This document shows positions 26,471 through 32,000 of a DNA stretch of 32,000 nt, one piece after another. The notes under the pieces are model-generated. The model saw only the letters and a list, made by a program, of their open reading frames with translations. It searched no databases and was not told the origin of the DNA. The stretch's first letter is position 1. Every line of letters starts with the position of its first letter. Origin of the DNA: an uncultured archaeon (GTDB taxonomy: Archaea > Iainarchaeota > Iainarchaeia > Iainarchaeales > 0-14-0-20-30-16); contig CAZMGA010000005.1 in assembly GCA_964565725.1 (NCBI GenBank), forward strand, positions 1 through 32,000, given 5' to 3'. A program made the translations under genes and the position numbers.

Positions 26471-27373
26471 TTATAATATTTTTTTTCTTTTTAAAATCAA
26501 TACAAAGATTGTTATTAATATTACTGTGAGAATTAATACAAAAATATATGTAAAAGGATTATTTTGTAAAGGTAAATAAACATTCATGCCGTAAAATCCT
26601 GATATTGCAGTAGGTATACTAATAAATATAGTAAATATTGTTAATATGGTAATTGTTTTATTTAATCTATTTGATAATAACAAATTTTGATAATTTCTTA
26701 AATTTGAAATTGTTTTTAATGAATTAGTACAAATATTCAAAGCTTCTTCTAAATCTATAATTAAATCATCAATTAAATCTTGATCTTTATCATAAAATTT
26801 AATTTTTTTAATAAGTTTATTATATAAATGTAAAGTGTAAGTATAAGTAGATACTAATGAGTTTAAAATTTCTTCATTTTCTAATAATGATTCTATATCT
26901 TTATCTTTAAGATTTTTTGTACTAACTTTTTTATTATTTAAATTTTTCATAATTTTTGCAACTAAATTTTCAAAATGAGAATTATTTAAATTTAATAATT
27001 CTAATATGGCTTTCTTTTTTTGAGTTGTAATAAAATTTTTCTTTTTTAATATTTCTGTAATAAGTTTATTATTTTCTTTTGAAAATGTTAAAATAAATGT
27101 ATCTGTTAATGCAATTAGTAAAGTTATATTCTCATTATTATTGTTTAATGTTTTAATATAAATATAATCTATGTTATTTTCAAAATCATGTCTAGGTAAT
27201 TCATTTTCATCTAAACCCTCTTCTAGTAATTCATAGTTTAAATTAAATTCTTTAGATAAATATTTTAGTTCATTAACATTAGGATTTATGATATTAATCC
27301 AACAACCTTTTTCAAATTTAGATAAAGTTTTTAATTCATTATCTTTAATTCTTTGTAAATAATACTCTATCAT
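26471..27373 (-). CDS. corA: CorA-like Mg2+ transporter
   Basis: Soluble N-terminal domain, coiled region, ISGFYGMNVYLP (GMN motif) and two C-terminal TM helices. Confidence 0.92.
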   Translation of the reverse strand: MIEYYLQRIKDNELKTLSKFEKGCWINIINPNVNELKYLSKEFNLNYELLEEGLDENELPRHDFENNIDYIYIKTLNNNNENITLLIALTDTFILTFSKENNKLITEILKKKNFITTQKKKAILELLNLNNSHFENLVAKIMKNLNNKKVSTKNLKDKDIESLLENEEILNSLVSTYTYTLHLYNKLIKKIKFYDKDQDLIDDLIIDLEEALNICTNSLKTISNLRNYQNLLLSNRLNKTITILTIFTIFISIPTAISGFYGMNVYLPLQNNPFTYIFVLILTVILITIFVLILKRKKIL

Positions 27374-27428
27374 AAAAAACCCTTAGAAAATTAGATTTTA
27401 TATAACAAGATATAAAATATTTATATGT

Positions 27429-28313
27429 TTATCTTTTTTTTGTTTGTTTTCTTACTACGTCTTCAAAAAAAGATTTTGGATTTGAATAATTTTTTTCTAA
27501 CAAATCTAAATATTTTGCACCAAATTTTTTAAATAATCGTGCTAATTGTAAAAGATGTTTTGGGAGCCAAGCTCCATTAGGGTCTAAAATAACGTTTTTG
27601 ATATTTTCTGAAATATTATATGTTTCTAAATGTTCTCTAACATAATCGTAAATTGTTTTTTCACGATAATTTATTCTATCTATTTTTTCTTCTACTCTTG
27701 CTCTACCAATTGCTTTTTTTATTTTATTTATTAAATTTAAAACACTATTAATAGTTATTAAATTATCATTTTTTAAGAAATTTTTAATTTCATTAATTAC
27801 TAAATTTTTTCCAAATTCATTTAATGATTCAAAATATTTTTTAAAATCAATTATTGCACTATGATTTCCTAATATTCGTTCCATTTTGCCAATAAAATGT
27901 GTAAATTGACTATTAAAATCATTTGTTTTTAATAAATCTGATAACATAGTTATTTTTAGTGAATGATTATTAAAATATAATTTCCACAATTTAACGTTAA
28001 AATTAAACCCATGTTTATTTATTAAACTTAATAATGTTTTTTCAACGAATTTTATAACGGGGTCATTAGGATCAATTTTATTTTGTGAAAATAAATCTAG
28101 TAATTCTTTTAGATTATTTACTTTTTTATTAGAAATTTCAAAATAAACTTTTAATTCTTCTGGTTTTGGTCCACCATTAGAATATAACTCTTTTAAATTA
28201 TCTCTTAATGTTCTTGCTCTTTGAGGAATATTTTCATATTTTCTAAATGGATTGTTTGTTATTCTTCTAACTTTTTTTGTAATAGTTCTTTTTAATTTAT
28301 TCATAATTATCAT
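27429..28313 (-). CDS. hypothetical helical protein
   Basis: 294-aa ORF overlapping the serS stop; no recognised motif. Confidence 0.5.
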   Translation of the reverse strand: MIIMNKLKRTITKKVRRITNNPFRKYENIPQRARTLRDNLKELYSNGGPKPEELKVYFEISNKKVNNLKELLDLFSQNKIDPNDPVIKFVEKTLLSLINKHGFNFNVKLWKLYFNNHSLKITMLSDLLKTNDFNSQFTHFIGKMERILGNHSAIIDFKKYFESLNEFGKNLVINEIKNFLKNDNLITINSVLNLINKIKKAIGRARVEEKIDRINYREKTIYDYVREHLETYNISENIKNVILDPNGAWLPKHLLQLARLFKKFGAKYLDLLEKNYSNPKSFFEDVVRKQTKKR

Positions 28314-29635
28314 TATATTTCTTTGAATCCAGTATAATTTTGTAATACTTTTGGTATTTGAATTTTTCCATTTACATCTTGAAAGTTTTCAATTATTGCT
28401 GTTAATATTCTTGGACTTGCTACAGCAGTACAATTTAAAGAATGTAAAATTTTTTTCTCGCCTTTTTCTTCATATTTTATATTTAAACTACGTGTTTGAT
28501 AGTCTGTAGTAATTGATCCTGAATTTAATTCTCTAAAAGTGCCTTGAACAGGCATCCAAGCTTCTAAATCTATTTTTTTTGCAGCTGTGTTATTTAAATC
28601 ACCAGAACAAATATTTATTAGTCTATATGGGATTTCTAGTTCTTTTATAATCTCTTCAGCATTTTCAATCATATCATTATGAATTTTTTCAGAATCTTCT
28701 GCTAAGCAAAATATATATTGTTCTACTTTATCAAATTGATGAACTCTAAATATTCCTCTAGTATCTTTTGATCTACTACCAGCTTCTTTTCTAAAACAAC
28801 TAGATATGCCTACATATTTTAAAGGCAATTTATCTTTAGGAATTATTTCATCCATATGATATGAAGCTAAAGTTTGTTCTGCTGTTGCAATTAAAAATTC
28901 ATCTTCAGTTGTTTTATACAAAGTTTCTTCAAAATCATTAAGTTCTGCTGCTTTTTCCATTGTTTCTTTATTAATCATAAAAGGAGTATACAAAAAATTG
29001 TATCCTTTTTTAATTAGTTTATCTATTGCAAATCTTAATAAAGATAAATGTAAAATTGCAAATTTATTTTTTAAATAATATTGTCTTGCTCCTGAAACTT
29101 TTGTAGCTCTTTCTAAATCAAACAAATCTTTTTCTATACCTAAATCAACATGACTTTTGGGTTCATAATCTAATATTTCATAATCCATTTTGTTATTAGA
29201 TAATTTTTTTAAATTATCTAAATGTTGTTTTTGTACTTTGGCTTTTCCAAAGGTTTTTATTACTACATTTTCTTCTTCACTTAAACCAAAAGGGACATCA
29301 TGCCATAATATATTACCTACTTTTTTTATTTCTAAATCTCTTTTTTCCAAATATTCTTTTTCTTTTATTTCTAAATCTTTAATTTCTTCATCTATAGTAA
29401 TGCTTTTCATTTTTAATTCTTCAATAGATTCTTTATTTATAGCTTTTATTCCTATTTCTTTAGATATCTTGTTTTTTTCTGCTCTTTTTGTTTCTTTATT
29501 TAATTTTGATTCTCTCCATAATTCATCATACTTTTTAACATTTTCTGCGAACTCTAAATTATGGTTTCTTTTCTTTTCACTTTCTAAAATTTTATTAAAA
29601 TCGTTATCATTTCTAAATAAATTAATATCTAACAC
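28313..29635 (-). CDS. serS: seryl-tRNA synthetase
   Basis: N-terminal coiled coil; class II motifs including FRKEAGSRSKDTRGIFRVHQFDKVEQ, SCSG-like NICSGDLN, and NCTAVASPRILTAIIEN. Confidence 0.96.
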   Translation of the reverse strand: MLDINLFRNDNDFNKILESEKKRNHNLEFAENVKKYDELWRESKLNKETKRAEKNKISKEIGIKAINKESIEELKMKSITIDEEIKDLEIKEKEYLEKRDLEIKKVGNILWHDVPFGLSEEENVVIKTFGKAKVQKQHLDNLKKLSNNKMDYEILDYEPKSHVDLGIEKDLFDLERATKVSGARQYYLKNKFAILHLSLLRFAIDKLIKKGYNFLYTPFMINKETMEKAAELNDFEETLYKTTEDEFLIATAEQTLASYHMDEIIPKDKLPLKYVGISSCFRKEAGSRSKDTRGIFRVHQFDKVEQYIFCLAEDSEKIHNDMIENAEEIIKELEIPYRLINICSGDLNNTAAKKIDLEAWMPVQGTFRELNSGSITTDYQTRSLNIKYEEKGEKKILHSLNCTAVASPRILTAIIENFQDVNGKIQIPKVLQNYTGFKEI

Positions 29636-29752
29636 AATATCACCTATTAAATATAATACTATAGTTTATTTTAAAATAATATCTTAAAATAAAGTAAAAT
29701 ATATAAATAATTAGGACTATTACTATGTATTTTGTAATCCTGAGGTGATTAA

Positions 29753-29932
29753 TTGAGTTTTTTAAAAGATGATAAAGCACAAATATCTGTAGAAATGATA
29801 ATTGTTTTAGCTGCTTTATTAGCTGTTGCTATAGTATTAATTACTAAATTATCTAGTACTAGTAAACAAGCCTCTGAAAAGATTGATGATAAAACTAATG
29901 ATTTAATGGAGCAAATAGATGATATTAATTAA
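29753..29932 (+). CDS. 59-aa protein with class III (type IV pilin-like) signal peptide (not in ORF track)
   Basis: TTG start after GGTGAT; MSFLKDDKAQISVEMIIVLAALLAVAIVLITKLSSTSKQASEKIDDKTNDLMEQIDDIN. Confidence 0.72.
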   Translation: MSFLKDDKAQISVEMIIVLAALLAVAIVLITKLSSTSKQASEKIDDKTNDLMEQIDDIN

Positions 29933-30320
29933 AAAAGGGCAAATATCTTTAGAATTTTTAATAGTTGTTTTGGCAATGGTTTCAATTTTAATTATATTTA
30001 TGCCTGTATTTGTTAAATTAATGAATGCTTTACTATTAACAATTGATACTTATAATGCTTCAAAGTATTTACAAGAATTTCAAACAAATGTAAATACTTT
30101 AAATACATTAGATTCAGGTTCTAGTTTTAAATTTGAATTAGATTTTATAAAAACAGCAAAACTAATTTGTCATAATAATATTATAAAAATTGAATTAAAT
30201 CATAAAAATAATAAAATATTAGAACGGGAATTAAGTTTAAATTGTGATTTTGATTTAGAAATTAATAAAAAAATTTCTTTTTTAATTACAAAAAGTGAAG
30301 AATATATTGTTTTAAATTAG
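29919..30320 (+). CDS. type IV pilin-like protein with class III signal peptide
   Basis: IKKGQISLEFLIVVLAMVSILIIFMPVF; overlaps the end of the upstream pilin-like ORF. Confidence 0.75.
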   Translation: MILIKKGQISLEFLIVVLAMVSILIIFMPVFVKLMNALLLTIDTYNASKYLQEFQTNVNTLNTLDSGSSFKFELDFIKTAKLICHNNIIKIELNHKNNKILERELSLNCDFDLEINKKISFLITKSEEYIVLN

Positions 30321-31108
30321 CTATATCCTTCGTAATTTTTTAATTGCTTATAGAAAAATCTTCTAAATGTAATTACACAAATTAAAGCATATATTCCTAA
30401 TAATATCGTTAATATAATGCTCCAAAATAAATTTACTTTATTTAAAAATATTAATGCAGGAACAAATAAACATACTAAAGTTGGAGGAAATAAAAAAGAT
30501 ATTAAAATAAAATAAGGTCTGGTTAATATTTGCATAGGATATTCAGAAAATCTTTGTTGAATAACTCTATATAACCAAGAAGCATCATTAACATCCCCAT
30601 ATTTAAAACTTAATAAGTGTATTGATGAATTAATAAATAAAAAAGATATTAATCCAAAAATATATGCTATTAAACCCAATATAAATGATATTATTGTTAA
30701 ATTTATACTTAATATAAAAAACATAATAATTACAAATATAAAACTTATAATAAAGAATATTAAATTATGATAATTAATTTCCCAAAATGTAAATAATGTA
30801 ATTGTGTCTTTTGGTTTTATTAAATAAATATTTAATTCGCCCGATGTTACTAAATAACCATAATTTTTTAATCCCAAAGTATATAATAATTCAAAAGGTA
30901 TTTGATTTATAAAAAATAAAAACATAATTTCATTAAAATTCCATCCTACTATGGTTTCAGTAAATCCAAATATTGTTTTAAAAAATACAAATACAATTAA
31001 ATAATAACCCATTTGTAATACAAAATATATTAAACTATCTTTATTGAATTCTTTTATAGCTCTAAATTTAGATAACATTATTTTTTTAATTAAATTCCAA
31101 TAAGACAT
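30317..31108 (-). CDS. ABC-2 type transporter permease
   Basis: Multi-TM protein paired with a second permease and an ATPase tail. Confidence 0.75.
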   Translation of the reverse strand: MSYWNLIKKIMLSKFRAIKEFNKDSLIYFVLQMGYYLIVFVFFKTIFGFTETIVGWNFNEIMFLFFINQIPFELLYTLGLKNYGYLVTSGELNIYLIKPKDTITLFTFWEINYHNLIFFIISFIFVIIMFFILSINLTIISFILGLIAYIFGLISFLFINSSIHLLSFKYGDVNDASWLYRVIQQRFSEYPMQILTRPYFILISFLFPPTLVCLFVPALIFLNKVNLFWSIILTILLGIYALICVITFRRFFYKQLKNYEGYS

Positions 31109-31888
31109 TTAACCACCATAACCATCATATTTTTTTAAGCCTTTTTTTTCTAAAAACTTTGCTAATGCGTAAAATATAATTATCCAAAGTATATATTGTA
31201 AAACAATCCAAATGTTTGGAACTAATTGTCCTAAATATATTTTTGCAGGAGTATAAACCATTAAATTAAAAGGTAATATTAAAAATATTTTTTGAACTAT
31301 TTCAGGAAATAAATCTAATGGCAAAAATCTACCTGCTGAAAAATTTATAATCATACCTATTAAAGATATAACTCCAAAGTTTTTTCCTAACCAAAAACTA
31401 GAGAATTGCAATGCGACTACTAAAAAACTCATTATTATAATTCCTAAAATATAAAATAATATTCCTAACAATGAAATTGGTCCTATAAATATTAAACCAG
31501 CCATTATCACAAAAAACAGTATAAATATTAATGGAATTAAATATTTTGAAAAAATATTATAAAAATAATTTTGTGTTAAGCTTAATGGCCTTGTTAATCT
31601 ATTTGCTATTTGTCCATAATATACTTCTTCAAATATACTCCATTGATCTCCAACTCCATAAAACAAACCCCATACAAAAAAATAATATAAATAAATTTCT
31701 TTTGATGAATAAATAAATAAAGGACTTTGAGATATAATACTCATTAAGAATATTACTGGAATAAAATCTAATATTGGTGAAAGAATGTATGCAATTCTTC
31801 TAAATGGATATGCATTTAAATCTTGCCAATAAAATTTTAATGTACTTAAAAAATATTTTAAATTAAATTTATTTAACATATCCATCAA
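31109..31888 (-). CDS. ABC-2 type transporter permease
   Basis: Multi-TM protein; track start is TTG at 31888, internal ATGs (31885, 31879) possible. Confidence 0.75.
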   Translation of the reverse strand: MMDMLNKFNLKYFLSTLKFYWQDLNAYPFRRIAYILSPILDFIPVIFLMSIISQSPLFIYSSKEIYLYYFFVWGLFYGVGDQWSIFEEVYYGQIANRLTRPLSLTQNYFYNIFSKYLIPLIFILFFVIMAGLIFIGPISLLGILFYILGIIIMSFLVVALQFSSFWLGKNFGVISLIGMIINFSAGRFLPLDLFPEIVQKIFLILPFNLMVYTPAKIYLGQLVPNIWIVLQYILWIIIFYALAKFLEKKGLKKYDGYGG

Positions 31889-32000
31889 CGTATATTTTTT
31901 TTACAATTTCTTTTAGATTTGGTTCTTCAATTTTTAAATCAAATACTTCATAACAGTTTAATAGCTCTTTTGTTATTAAATCAATTCTTATTGCTGGTGA
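31869..32000 (-). CDS. C-terminal end of a probable ABC transporter ATP-binding protein (truncated by window edge)
   Basis: SPAIRIDLITKELLNCYEVFDLKIEEPNLKEIVKKIYVDGYVK*; IEEPxLxEIVKKIY tail typical of ABC-2-linked ATPases; overlaps the permease start. Confidence 0.6.
   Translation of the reverse strand, partial: SPAIRIDLITKELLNCYEVFDLKIEEPNLKEIVKKIYVDGYVK

Noticed and set aside
29190-29687. 165-aa plus-strand ORF, Ser/Phe-rich
   Set aside because: Antisense to the Lys/Glu-rich coiled coil of SerRS, which produces Phe/Ser-rich shadows.
31531-31716. 61-aa plus-strand ORF
   Set aside because: Antisense to ABC permease.
1-32000. Complete reassignment of TAG or TGA as sense codons
   Set aside because: Several well-supported genes end in TAG (9024, 24121, 30320) or TGA (tdk, 8338, 14747, 23274, 25871), so only local readthrough or mutation is plausible.

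Overview
The window is AT-rich, densely packed archaeal DNA. Support for an archaeon: PAN-type proteasome ATPase, archaeal GluRS, Trm5, Dph5, deoxyhypusine synthase, Nre family protein, DUF63, aCPSF2-like beta-CASP protein, class III signal peptides, and GTTTATAAAC-type TATA boxes with GGTGAT-like Shine-Dalgarno motifs. It may be a DPANN lineage, but that is inference. Most of the window is housekeeping. I saw no CRISPR array, transposase or prophage. Two RNA genes are supported: 5S rRNA (minus, about 11263-11373) and tRNA-Glu(UUC) (minus, 22344-22415). The ORF track missed several items: a partial deoxyhypusine synthase at the left edge, a partial ABC ATPase tail at the right edge, a 42-aa eL41-like basic protein, a 59-aa pilin-like protein, and small candidate peptides. 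The leads most worth following are: (1) a pyrimidine-dimer DNA glycosylase whose conserved frame is interrupted by one in-frame TAG; (2) two ORFs separated only by an in-frame TGA (1663-2526); (3) a four-gene minus-strand cluster encoding a Tyr-rich secreted protein, an exported PLD-like protein, an AP-endonuclease-fold protein and a membrane-anchored transglutaminase-like protein; (4) an SLT-type lytic transglycosylase in an archaeal context; (5) a Lys/Pro/Val repeat protein resembling histone H1 tails, built from 54/63-nt tandem repeats; (6) tandem class III signal peptide proteins. No search or computation was run; family names come from motif recognition.
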